A stretch of 64,000 bases of DNA from Dehalococcoidia bacterium (GTDB lineage: Bacteria > Chloroflexota > Dehalococcoidia > Lucifugimonadales > GCA-2717565). Position 1 is the first letter of the stretch, and each line of letters begins with the position of its first letter. The notes beneath the pieces were generated by a model. That model was not told where the DNA came from. It worked only from the letters and a program-made list of their open reading frames with translations, and ran no database searches. The translations under genes were made by a program, and so were the position numbers. The stretch spans positions 9,548-73,547 of the forward strand of contig SHYH01000001.1 of assembly GCA_009692865.1 (NCBI GenBank), read 5' to 3'. This document shows, piece by piece, positions 47,519 through 57,304 of the stretch.

Positions 47519-48157
47519 GCCCCGCTTGGGCAGGATGGTCAGCTGCCGCTCCTCGCCCTCGCCTATGCTCTCGGTGGTCACTCTGGGATGGCCGGCCAAA
47601 GCCATGTGGACGATGCGCCGGTCCGAGGCGGGCATGGGCTCCATAGTGATGGAGCGGCCTGTGGCGGCCACCCGCTCCGCCAGGCCCAGGGCCCGAGCCT
47701 CCAGCTTCTCCTGATGGCGCTCCCGGTACCGCTCCACGTCCACCGTCACCAACACCCGTTCGCCCATCTGGTGGCTCAAGATGTGGTTCAGCAGAAACTG
47801 GAAGGCCCTCAGCGTCTCACCCCGGCGGCCTATGAGGAGTCCCGAGTCGTCCCCCTCAAGGTCCAGGATCGGCGCCTCGTCGGTCCCCGAAGGCACGCTC
47901 CTGGGATAGCAGGTCAGGTTCAGGTTCATCCTGGCGATGAGGCGGTCCGCCACCTCTTTGGCTACCGTGGACAGCTTGGGAGATTCGGGTCGAAGGGAAA
48001 CCCGGACCCGGGCGGGCTCGGCGCCAAAGCCCAGGATCCCGGACCTGCCCTTGCTAACGACCTCGATCTCGACCGCGTCCCGATCGACGTCGAGCTCCTT
48101 GAGAGCGAACTCGATCGCCTCTTCGACGGTCTTTGCTTCCATCTCCAGGGATTCCAT
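47516..48157 (-). CDS. jag: Jag/KhpB RNA-binding protein (Jag_N + KH + R3H)
   Basis: AKTVEEAIEFALKEL N-domain, KH GxxG (LIGRRGETL), R3H (SDRRIVHMAL). Confidence 0.85.
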   Translation of the reverse strand: MESLEMEAKTVEEAIEFALKELDVDRDAVEIEVVSKGRSGILGFGAEPARVRVSLRPESPKLSTVAKEVADRLIARMNLNLTCYPRSVPSGTDEAPILDLEGDDSGLLIGRRGETLRAFQFLLNHILSHQMGERVLVTVDVERYRERHQEKLEARALGLAERVAATGRSITMEPMPASDRRIVHMALAGHPRVTTESIGEGEERQLTILPKRG

Positions 48158-48968
48158 TATCTGCTATCTCCTTGACCGGCGCCGGGGCCACCGCCACTGC
48201 CAGGCTGGCCTGGGTTGACTTCCAAAAGATGAGACTCCTGGGGCCGGCGACCGCTCCTTGCAAGAGGATTCGGAAGAGGTTGGAGGCGACCCAGTAGACG
48301 GAGAGCCCTACGGGAAACGAGAGGCTGAAGAACCCCACCATCGCCGGCATTATCCACTGCATCATCATCTGGGTCTGCTGGCCGGTCGCGTCCGCCGCGG
48401 GGGGTGTGGTCAGCTTGGTGGAAATCCACATGGAGACCCCCACCAGGACCACCAGGACGTAGCCCACCACTCCCTGGGCGCCCCCAAAAACACCCAGGTC
48501 CATCCCCAAAAACCGGCTGTTCAGGGGCAAGGCTGCGCTCACTCCAGGAAGCCAGGAGTAGAGCAAGCCGGACAGCTCCACCAGCCGCTCCGGCGTGGAT
48601 GGAAGGGTCTTGATAATGGCTAAATACAGGCCGTACAGGACAGGCATCTGAACGACCAGGGGACCCAGGCACCCCAGAGGGCTAATGCCGTACTCTTTGA
48701 AAAGGCGCATCTGCTCCTGACCCATGCGCTGCCGGTCTCCAGCGTACCGCCTCTTCATCTCCTGCAGGCGGGGATTCATGGCCGTCATGGCCTGGGTCTG
48801 CCTGATGGACTTCAAGGTGAGCGGGAGTGTGATGACGCTGATGATGACGGTGAAGACGATGATGCTCAGGCCAAAGTTCTGGAACAGCCCCATGTACAGC
48901 GCCACGAGGCTGTTGACCATGGGCCTGATGATGCCCTCGTTCCACACGCTGCCCAAGAACTCCAACAA
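48054..48968 (-). CDS. yidC: Membrane protein insertase YidC (short form)
   Basis: Conserved core ...MQEMKRRYAGDRQRMGQEQMRLFKEYGISPLGCL.... Arg-rich tail. The 3' 104 nt overlap jag. Confidence 0.88.
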   Translation of the reverse strand: MLEFLGSVWNEGIIRPMVNSLVALYMGLFQNFGLSIIVFTVIISVITLPLTLKSIRQTQAMTAMNPRLQEMKRRYAGDRQRMGQEQMRLFKEYGISPLGCLGPLVVQMPVLYGLYLAIIKTLPSTPERLVELSGLLYSWLPGVSAALPLNSRFLGMDLGVFGGAQGVVGYVLVVLVGVSMWISTKLTTPPAADATGQQTQMMMQWIMPAMVGFFSLSFPVGLSVYWVASNLFRILLQGAVAGPRSLIFWKSTQASLAVAVAPAPVKEIADNGIPGDGSKDRRRGDRVRSQGARRRSGRGRDRGR

Positions 48969-49001
48969 GGGTGCCGGACCTCCCGTCCTACGTTCCCGCC
49001 G

Positions 49002-49150
49002 CTAGCAGGTTGTTGAAAAACCCTTTTCGACTATCCCCCTACCCCCTTCCTGGCCAGGAAGGGGGTAGGGATTATATCTGGAGGATACCCCCAAACCCCC
49101 ACCAATTCCGATGAGTCGGGACTGGACTCCCCCTTTTCATTACCCTGCTA
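49002..49150 (+). mobile_element. Family-A MITE-like element, copy A10 (GGTTGTTGA subtype)
   Basis: CTAGCAGGTTGTTGAAAAACCC ... 34-nt perfect palindrome CCCTACCCCCTTCCTGGCCAGGAAGGGGGTAGGG ... TTTTCATTACCCTGCTA. The last CTA is the stop of the PQQ gene. Confidence 0.85.
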
Positions 49151-50365
49151 CTTGCTGCTGGTGCTGAAGCTCCACTGCCGGACACCTCGGAAGGGGTCCA
49201 GGGCCGTGATGGTGTGGTCCAGGCCGTTCACATACAGGACGCCGTCCAGCATGGAAAGCGGCGCCCGAAGGCCTCCACCCACGTCGTAGAAGCTAGGGGA
49301 AAACCGCTCCTTCCCCTCCTGGTCCTGATAGGGCATCTTCTCCTTGCCGTTCTCAGGGTTCAAGAACCACAGACGCACCCCATCCTTCCTGTCAGAGGCA
49401 ACGATGAGGCCAGTAGCGGTGAGGAGGGGGGGGGCCATGACAGGCCCCTTGGTGTCAAACCTCCAGGCCTCTTTTCCTGTTCTGGCGTCGAGGGCGTACA
49501 CGAAGCCATCCACGTTGCCCGCGTACACAAGCTTCCCATCGGAGGCGGGCTTGGCCCAGAACCAATTGCCTCCCGTGAACTCCCACACCTTCCGGCCCGT
49601 CGCCGCATCCAGGGCGTAGAGGCGGCGGTCCAAGGCCCCCACGTAGGCCTTGCCCTCCACCACCTCAGGAGAAGCCACAAAGCCACCCTCAGCCTGGAAC
49701 CGCCATACCTCGACGCCATCGTCGATCCGCAGGGCATACACACGGTGGTCCAGGGAGCCGAAGTAGACGATGTCGCCGGACACCGTGGGTGTAGACCATA
49801 TCTTATCCCCCGTCTCAAAGGGGGGCCACGCCGGCTGGCCGCTCTCCTGGTCCAGGGAGTAGAACCGCCCGTCGGAGGAGCCCACCAGAACCCGGCCTTT
49901 GGCCACCACCACGCCTCCCACCACCGGGCCCCCAGTGGGTCTCTCCCACGTGCCCCTGGCCTCAACGGTACCTCTCTCCGCTTCTACGCTGTACACCCTG
50001 CCATTGTAGGCGCCAACATAAACACGGCCATCGGCAAAGGCAGGTGTTCCGTAGATGCTCCCCAGGCCCTTTTCCGCTACAGAAGGGAAGCTCCAGAGCA
50101 GCCGCTCCGCAGGGGGGAGAGACTCCGTTTGAGCGTCCAGGGCCAGGAGCTTTCCGCCACGCGAGCCCACGTACAGGGCACCCTCTCCCAAGACAACCCC
50201 TGACCACCCCCCCTGGGCGGTAACGCTGGGGCCGCACCCCAGCAGGACCACGAGGCCCGCCAGGAGCAAGAGCCCCATCCGTTTGGACAGGAACCCAGCC
50301 CTTCCTTTGAGGGAAGGCTTTCGGGGCCTCAGGAGACGAACGCTCAGAAATTGATGAAGGCTCAC
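49148..50365 (-). CDS. PQQ-like beta-propeller repeat lipoprotein (BamB-like fold)
   Basis: Lipobox LLGC. Repeated VYALDARTGKEAWRF / LYALDAATGRKVWEF blades. Start may be ATG 50278. Confidence 0.8.
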   Translation of the reverse strand: MSLHQFLSVRLLRPRKPSLKGRAGFLSKRMGLLLLAGLVVLLGCGPSVTAQGGWSGVVLGEGALYVGSRGGKLLALDAQTESLPPAERLLWSFPSVAEKGLGSIYGTPAFADGRVYVGAYNGRVYSVEAERGTVEARGTWERPTGGPVVGGVVVAKGRVLVGSSDGRFYSLDQESGQPAWPPFETGDKIWSTPTVSGDIVYFGSLDHRVYALRIDDGVEVWRFQAEGGFVASPEVVEGKAYVGALDRRLYALDAATGRKVWEFTGGNWFWAKPASDGKLVYAGNVDGFVYALDARTGKEAWRFDTKGPVMAPPLLTATGLIVASDRKDGVRLWFLNPENGKEKMPYQDQEGKERFSPSFYDVGGGLRAPLSMLDGVLYVNGLDHTITALDPFRGVRQWSFSTSSK

Positions 50366-50401
50366 AGGTCCTGTACGTTCAGTTCAGCCGCCAGCAAGGC
50401 T

Positions 50402-50442
50402 CTAGGAGGTTGTTGAGTAACTCTTCGACCATCCCCCTGCTA
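50402..50442 (+). mobile_element. Family-A mini-element (about 41 nt, left end joined directly to right end)
   Basis: CTAGGAGGTTGTTGAGTAACTCTTCGACCATCCCCCTGCTA. Same GGTTGTTGA subtype as A10. The terminal CTA is the yidD stop. Confidence 0.6.
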
Positions 50443-50649
50443 GGGGACAGGGTCATACCCCTGGCCGCCCCAGGGATGGCATCGGGCCAATCGCTTCACC
50501 GTAAGCCAGCCGCCCCGCAGGGCTCCGTGGCGGCCCACTGCCTCGTAACAGTAGTGAGAACAGGTAGGAACGTAGCTGCAGGAGGTGGCCAGAAGAGGGG
50601 AAAGCACTCCCTGGTAAAGCCGCACGAGGACCTTGACTAGGGTCTTCAC
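50440..50649 (-). CDS. yidD: Membrane protein insertion efficiency factor YidD
   Basis: YQGVLSPLL...[10 protein letters not shown] motif. The GTG start overlaps the rnpA TAG (TAGTG). Confidence 0.8.
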   Translation of the reverse strand: MKTLVKVLVRLYQGVLSPLLATSCSYVPTCSHYCYEAVGRHGALRGGWLTVKRLARCHPWGGQGYDPVP

Positions 50650-51005
50650 TACCTCTCGCTGTGCTCCTGGGAGGACGGGGAAAGGAGGCGAGCCCGCCGC
50701 AAAAGAGACCCCATAGCCGCCTCCAGACCGCGATAGTCCGCCGAGGCCGCCGGCTCCCTTGCGATGAACACCAGGTCCCATCCCTCCTGCACTGGCGTCC
50801 GACGAGCCACCTCTCGAAGGCGTCGCTTCACCCTATTGCGCACCACGGCGCCGCCTACACGACGGCTCACCACAAAGCCAAAACGGGTCATGGGCAACCC
50901 GTTAGCAGCGCTTCGTAACACCAGAAACGGGGTGGCCAAACTGCGACCCTGCTTGAGGGCCCGCACGATGTCCTGGGACCTTCGCAGCCGCCGTTCCCGC
51001 TCCAT
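50649..51005 (-). CDS. rnpA: Ribonuclease P protein component
   Basis: [15 protein letters not shown] and [13 protein letters not shown] motif. Start trimmed to ATG 51005. Confidence 0.85.
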   Translation of the reverse strand: MERERRLRRSQDIVRALKQGRSLATPFLVLRSAANGLPMTRFGFVVSRRVGGAVVRNRVKRRLREVARRTPVQEGWDLVFIAREPAASADYRGLEAAMGSLLRRARLLSPSSQEHSER

Positions 51006-51034
51006 GGAGCCGAAGTGTACCGCTTTCGCCGAGG

Positions 51035-51172
51035 CTAGACCGTCAACTTGGCTCGCCCTTTGAAGCGCCGCCGCGCCAACACCAAACGACCCCCCAGGCT
51101 CCTCATGCGGTGCATGAACCCGTGGGTGCGCTTCCGCTTCCGAACCTTGGGCTGATACGTCCGTTTTGGCAT
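51035..51172 (-). CDS. rpmH: 50S ribosomal protein L34
   Basis: Hand translation gives [45 protein letters not shown]. Too short for the ORF track. Confidence 0.9.
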   Translation of the reverse strand: MPKRTYQPKVRKRKRTHGFMHRMRSLGGRLVLARRRFKGRAKLTV

Positions 51173-51191
51173 ACTCCACTCCTACCCTCAG

Positions 51192-51220
51192 GATTATAGG
51201 GAAACCCACTGGCGGTGTCA
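51192..51220 (-). promoter_or_regulatory. Consensus sigma-70-type promoter of rpmH-rnpA-yidD
   Basis: On the minus strand: TTGACA, 17 nt spacer, TATAAT, about 20 nt upstream of the rpmH ATG. Confidence 0.6.
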
Positions 51221-51378
51221 ACGCGGCCCCGCAGGGGCCTAGGGACAACAGAGCTTCCCAAAAGAACACTCCTCATTGTATCGAAGAGAGCCCTCCCCCT
51301 TGCTGGCACGCTATTGAGGGCACGCCCTGCCTCTGGTAGTATGAAGGGGGTGTATCGCCGACAAAAGGAGACAAGAGG

Positions 51379-52017
51379 ATGGCGCTCCACTACGATGGAG
51401 AGGTGCGTATCTACAAGGTGAGCTGCAAACCCTTCGATAACAACGCCTACATCGTAGTGGACCCCCAGACCAACGAGAGCGTCATCATTGACACCCCCGA
51501 CGAACCGGAGAAGGTCCTGGAGGAGGCCAAGGGCACCCGGGTCAAGGCCATCCTCATCACCCACAACCATCAGGACCACCTCGTGGGCCTGGAGCGGATT
51601 CGGGCAGGGACCAACGCGCCGGTGTGGATCCACTCCGCCGACGCCCACGCCCTGTCACGCCCCCCAGAGCACCTTCACGGCCACGGGGAGGTCCTCCTGC
51701 TGGGGCGGCTGCAGCTCAAGGTGCTCCACACCCCAGGGCACACGGCAGGCGCCGCCTGCTACGTGTTGGGCAGACACCTATTCTCGGGGGACACCCTCTT
51801 CCCCGGAGGGCCCGGCCACAGCAGCACCCCGGAAAGCCTCCAGCAGACCATCAAGAGCATCACCGGAATCCTGTTCCCCCTCTCCAGCGAGACGGCCGTC
51901 TACCCAGGCCACGGCGCCGACACGGACCTAGACACGTCCAAGGCGGAGTATCATGTCTTCGCCGGCAAGCCCCACCAGCCAGACCTCCGTGGGGACATCA
52001 ACTGGCTCACCAGCTAA
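51379..52017 (+). CDS. MBL-fold metallo-hydrolase (glyoxalase II-like)
   Basis: HNHQDH motif, later HTPGHT and GH residues. 212 aa. Confidence 0.85.
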   Translation: MALHYDGEVRIYKVSCKPFDNNAYIVVDPQTNESVIIDTPDEPEKVLEEAKGTRVKAILITHNHQDHLVGLERIRAGTNAPVWIHSADAHALSRPPEHLHGHGEVLLLGRLQLKVLHTPGHTAGAACYVLGRHLFSGDTLFPGGPGHSSTPESLQQTIKSITGILFPLSSETAVYPGHGADTDLDTSKAEYHVFAGKPHQPDLRGDINWLTS

Positions 52018-52029
52018 AGTCGTGTCACA

Positions 52030-52165
52030 CTATTGGGGCGCCGTTCGGGGGTGCAGGGGGCGAAGCCCCCGCCGGGGGTCTGGGGGACACCCCCAGACCC
52101 AGTTTCTTCCCCCTCTCCTGGAGGAGAGGGGGTCAGGGGCGAGGTATACGCCCTTGGACACCGTG
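52030..52165 (+). repeat. Family-C palindromic repeat, copy C3 (hybrid with an A-type hairpin)
   Basis: GGGGGCGAAGCCCCC + TCTGGGGGACACCCCCAGA + CCCCCTCTCCTGGAGGAGAGGGGG + GAGGTATACGCCCTTGGA. Confidence 0.65.
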
Positions 52166-52254
52166 CACCCAATGTACCTTGATTCAGATGACGCAACGCT
52201 AGGCCCGGGGCCCTTGGGCCGGTGATCTCCCTACCAGACGGAAGCTAAAAGGAC

Positions 52255-53517
52255 ATGTACGAAAAAACCACACTCCCCAACGGCCTACGCATCCTCACCA
52301 GCGCCATGCCCACAACCCGCTCGGTGACCATCGTCTTCTACGTGGGAGCCGGGTCCCGCTACGAGGTTCCGGAGCAGGCGGGCATCTCCCACTTCGTCGA
52401 GCACCTTCTCTTCAAAGGGAGCCGCCGCTATCCCCAGGCCCGGGACATCAGCGAGACCATCGATAGGGTCGGCGGCATGCTCAACGCCGCCACCGACCGG
52501 GAGGTGACCTCCTACTGGTGCAAGGTGGCCCGCCCCCACTTCTCCATTGCCCTGGACCTCCTGACCGATATGCTACGGCACCCCCTGATCGAATCCCAGG
52601 AGCTGGAAAAGGAGCGCCTCGTCATCGTGGAGGAGCTGCGGATGACCAAGGACGACCCAAGCTCTCGGGCCGAGGCCCTGCTGGACGAGCTGCTGTGGCC
52701 CAATCACGCCCTGGGGCGCGACGTGGGAGGCACCGAGGAGTCGGTCATGGCCATCAGCCGCGATGCCATGCTAGAGTACATGGCCCGCCAGTACTCACCC
52801 CAGAACATCGTCGTCAGCGTGGCGGGGGACATCTCCCACCAGGAGGTGGTGGCGGCCGTCTCCCGCGCCTTTGGGGACTGGAAGCCTTCCCACACCCTTA
52901 CCTGGGAACCCAGCGTGGACAGCCAAACGGCCCCCCACCTAAAGATGGAGAGTCGAAAGTCAGACCAGGCCCACCTGTTCCTGGGCCTCAAGGGCCTGTC
53001 CACCACCCACCCGGACCGGTACGCCTTGGACCTTCTCAGCGCCATCCTGGGCGAGGGGATGAGCAGCCGCCTCTTCCAGGAGGTGCGGGAGAGTCGGGCC
53101 CTGGCCTACGATGTCCACAGCTACACCAACCATCTACTCGACTGTGGCTCCTTCAACGTCTACTCGGGGGTGGACCCCCATCGGGCCAAGGAGGCGGTGG
53201 AGGCGATCCTTCAGGTGCTCCACGGCGCCAAGGATGAGGTGCCGGAGTCGGAGCTGCGCAAGGTGAAGGAGCTGACCAGAGGCCGTATGCTGCTACGGAT
53301 GGAGGACACCCGAGCTGTGGCGGCCTGGATCGGGGCCCAGGAGCTACTGCACAATGAGATCAAGACCGTGGACGACGTGGTGGCGGAGGTGGAGGCCATC
53401 ACGCCCGCGCAGGTGCAGCGGGTGGCCAATCAGTTGCTGGTGACGGAGAAGCTGAACCTGATCCTGGTGGGCCCCCGCCGCGCCGAGGGGCCGTTCCTGC
53501 GCCTGCTCAAGCTGTAA
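52255..53517 (+). CDS. M16-family (pitrilysin/insulinase-like) zinc peptidase
   Basis: Inverted zinc motif HFVEHLLFKG and downstream E. 420 aa. Confidence 0.88.
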   Translation: MYEKTTLPNGLRILTSAMPTTRSVTIVFYVGAGSRYEVPEQAGISHFVEHLLFKGSRRYPQARDISETIDRVGGMLNAATDREVTSYWCKVARPHFSIALDLLTDMLRHPLIESQELEKERLVIVEELRMTKDDPSSRAEALLDELLWPNHALGRDVGGTEESVMAISRDAMLEYMARQYSPQNIVVSVAGDISHQEVVAAVSRAFGDWKPSHTLTWEPSVDSQTAPHLKMESRKSDQAHLFLGLKGLSTTHPDRYALDLLSAILGEGMSSRLFQEVRESRALAYDVHSYTNHLLDCGSFNVYSGVDPHRAKEAVEAILQVLHGAKDEVPESELRKVKELTRGRMLLRMEDTRAVAAWIGAQELLHNEIKTVDDVVAEVEAITPAQVQRVANQLLVTEKLNLILVGPRRAEGPFLRLLKL

Positions 53518-53616
53518 CAGGCTGCCAGGCTGCGGGACAAAGGGTGTCCAGAGGGGCGAAGCCCCTTTGGCAGGAGTATGGGGGATGGTCGAAAGGGTGT
53601 TCCAGCACCTTGCTAG
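53515..53616 (-). mobile_element. Family-A element, copy A11 (reverse orientation, internally deleted)
   Basis: Starts TAACAGG, where the TAA is the M16 peptidase stop. GGGGCGAAGCCCC hairpin, then GGGGGATGGTCGAAAGGGTGTTCCAGCACCTTGCTAG. The central hairpins are missing. Confidence 0.65.
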
Positions 53617-53621
53617 TGTCC

Positions 53622-53785
53622 CTCCCCTGAAATCTCAGCACATTGAGTGCCCCCTCTCCAAGGGCATATACCTCACCCCCTGACCCCCTCTCCTGCAGGA
53701 GAGGGGGGATACAATATCTGGGGGTATCCTCAAGACCCCCTGGAAAGGGGGTAGAGCCCCCTTTCCGATTCCCCAGGATTCTTAG
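53622..53785 (-). repeat. Family-C palindromic repeat, copy C4
   Basis: Near full-length reverse complement of the 31897..32056 unit (GAAATCTCAGCACATTGAG ... CCCCCTCTCCTGCAGGAGAGGGGGG ... GGGGGTAGAGCCCCC). Confidence 0.7.
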
Positions 53786-53842
53786 GCGAAACTCCAAGGC
53801 GGAACACTAGGAGCTCACAGAAAAGGCTCTAGGGCCCACTCC

Positions 53843-54358
53843 CTAGGCCGTCGGCCTCCCGAAGGGGTAGCGCCACCGCTCCAACCGCTCCTGCATGACG
53901 CCGGCCACATCCTCCACGCCTCTGTCCAGGTACAGGTCCGGCAGGCTCAGCTCTCGGCCCAAGGGCTGCCGATGCCTTGTGAAGACGATGGTCACCCACC
54001 CCAGGGCCAGGGGTGGCTTGAGGCGCACGCTGGAAACCGAAGAGACGTCGCTCCAGGAAACCTTGCGCTTCCGGTCAAACCCCAGGGCCAGGACAAGGCC
54101 GTCCTCCACCAGCTCCAGGGTGGCCACGCGACGCAGGAGCCCCTGGAGCAGCGGCGGCGCCAGCGTCATGGTGGCAGGGATGGCCACCACCAGAAGGAGC
54201 ATACCCAGAAGGCGTGCCAGGAACACCCACATGCCCGACAACTGCTCCAGGCCCAGGTGGCCCAGCGCCAGGCCCAGCATCATCAGGGTCAGGCCCACTG
54301 CGTTCAACAGCGCCAGCCTTCCCACCCTGGGGTGGTAGGCGACCGTGGGCGTCACCAT
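53843..54358 (-). CDS. Hypothetical 2-TM membrane protein with PH-like cytosolic domain, paralogue 2
   Basis: Same layout as 54381..54881 (RR-rich linker LLRRVATLELVEDGLVLALG..., ...LPDLYLDRGVEDVAGVM). Start trimmed to ATG 54358. Confidence 0.5.
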   Translation of the reverse strand: MVTPTVAYHPRVGRLALLNAVGLTLMMLGLALGHLGLEQLSGMWVFLARLLGMLLLVVAIPATMTLAPPLLQGLLRRVATLELVEDGLVLALGFDRKRKVSWSDVSSVSSVRLKPPLALGWVTIVFTRHRQPLGRELSLPDLYLDRGVEDVAGVMQERLERWRYPFGRPTA

Positions 54359-54380
54359 GCTTGCCCCCTCGCCCTGGCCA

Positions 54381-54881
54381 CTACTTTCCTCGCGAGCGGC
54401 GTTGGCCGCCACCTTGGCCTTTACCAGGAATCAGTGGTTCAATAGCGGCTGCCACTTCATCCACGCTTTTGTCCAGAAACAGCTGAGGGACGAAGACGTC
54501 ACTCCCGAGGGTGCGATGACGCTCTCGGAGGAGCACCGAGACCCATGCGAAGCCCAGGGGCCCTTTCAATTTGGAAGCCCGAACCTCGGCGATGGACTCC
54601 CAGGGAATCTGTTGGGGCCTTCCCACGCCGAGGGTTACGACGAGGCCCTCTTCCCACACCTCCAGGGTGGGACGCCGCCGAAGGTAGCGCTGGAGCAAGG
54701 GCAACACGAAAATGATGGTGCTGACGATGGCCAGACTCTGGACCAGCACCACGGCCAACTGCACCACCCACACGCCTCCCGTGGAACGCCCTACCCACCA
54801 GGCCAGCCCAGAAAGCGACCAGGCGCCCGCCAGAAGCCCCAGGGCTAAGAGGGTTCTCGGGTAAAACTTGGCGCCTATCAT
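54381..54881 (-). CDS. Hypothetical 2-TM membrane protein with PH-like cytosolic domain, paralogue 1
   Basis: LQRYLRRRPTLEVWEEGLVVTLG...IPWESIAEV...VPQLFLDKSVDEVAAAI. Tandem with its paralogue. Confidence 0.5.
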   Translation of the reverse strand: MIGAKFYPRTLLALGLLAGAWSLSGLAWWVGRSTGGVWVVQLAVVLVQSLAIVSTIIFVLPLLQRYLRRRPTLEVWEEGLVVTLGVGRPQQIPWESIAEVRASKLKGPLGFAWVSVLLRERHRTLGSDVFVPQLFLDKSVDEVAAAIEPLIPGKGQGGGQRRSRGK

Positions 54882-55143
54882 CCTGCCTCCTGCAAAGCCC
54901 TATCCTCCAGGCCTAAAGCAAGCGAGAGAGATCTCCGGCGGGGCCTGGCGCAAAACCGCCTCCACCCCCATCCCCTAGACTCACCCCTCCTAAGGTCTTT
55001 CGCCGTCGGGCGGCTGGCGACGATGGCCCATCCTTCAGGAAAGACGCGCCTGGAAAATCCCCCTGGGGGCCACCTGCTAGAGATTCATCATAGGGGGGAG
55101 CCCCAGGGGTGTCAACGCCAGGGAGGGAAGGCGTTCACCTAGC

Positions 55144-55181
55144 AAAAGCAAAAAGGAAGGGGGGGCCCGTAGGCCCCCCCT
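55144..55181 (-). terminator. Rho-independent terminator of groESL
   Basis: Minus strand: GGGGGGGCC tacg GGCCCCCCC followed by TTCCTTTTTGCTTTT. Confidence 0.7.
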
Positions 55182-55217
55182 TTTCGCCCCCTTGGACTCC
55201 CCCCGTTCATCACTCTG

Positions 55218-55220
<3 letters not shown>
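55182..55220 (+). mobile_element. Family-A element fragment (right end only), copy A12
   Basis: TTTCGCCCCCTTGGACTCCCCCCGTTCATCACTCTGCTA. The terminal CTA is the groEL stop. Confidence 0.55.
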
Positions 55221-56846
<1,626 letters not shown>

Positions 56847-56868
56847 TCATCCTCTCTCTCAGGCAAGT

Positions 56869-57165
56869 TTAGTCGGTTACCTTGGCCAGGACTTCGCTCT
56901 CCCGCAGGATGAGGAGCTCCTCATCGCCATCCTTGAGCTCCATCCCTGCATAGCTGCGGTACACCACCATGTCGCCCACCTTCAGCTCCATGGGGACCTT
57001 TTTCCCATCGTCCCCAACCCGTCCCGGCCCCACGGCCAGCACCTTCCCCTCCTTGGGACGCTCCTTAGCGGTGTCAGGGAGAAAGATACCCCCCTTGCTC
57101 ACCTCCTCCTGCTCACCGGGCTTCACCACCACGTTATCCGCCAAAGGCAGGTATTTCTTCGGCAC
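56869..57165 (-). CDS. groS: Co-chaperonin GroES
   Basis: 98 aa, LKPLADNVVVK-type N-terminus (YLPLADNVVVKP), mobile loop. Confidence 0.95.
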   Translation of the reverse strand: MPKKYLPLADNVVVKPGEQEEVSKGGIFLPDTAKERPKEGKVLAVGPGRVGDDGKKVPMELKVGDMVVYRSYAGMELKDGDEELLILRESEVLAKVTD

Positions 57166-57198
57166 AGCTCGCCTTCCTTTCCCTTCAAATGTCGATCG

Positions 57199-57225
57199 TT
57201 AGCAGTCTCGCCATCCGAGTGCTAA
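57199..57225 (-). promoter_or_regulatory. CIRCE operator (HrcA binding site)
   Basis: TTAGCAGTC-N9-GAGTGCTAA versus consensus TTAGCACTC-N9-GAGTGCTAA. Lies between the promoter and groES. Confidence 0.85.
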
Positions 57226-57236
57226 TCCCAAGCGGT

Positions 57237-57266
57237 ATTATAAGGTAGCCCTCTTCCGGGTGTCAA
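57237..57266 (-). promoter_or_regulatory. Sigma-70-type promoter of groESL
   Basis: Minus strand: TTGACA, 18 nt spacer, TATAAT, immediately upstream of CIRCE. Confidence 0.55.
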
Positions 57267-57304
57267 GGGAAGACGCGCCTGGGCCTTGATACGAGCGGTC
57301 ACCT

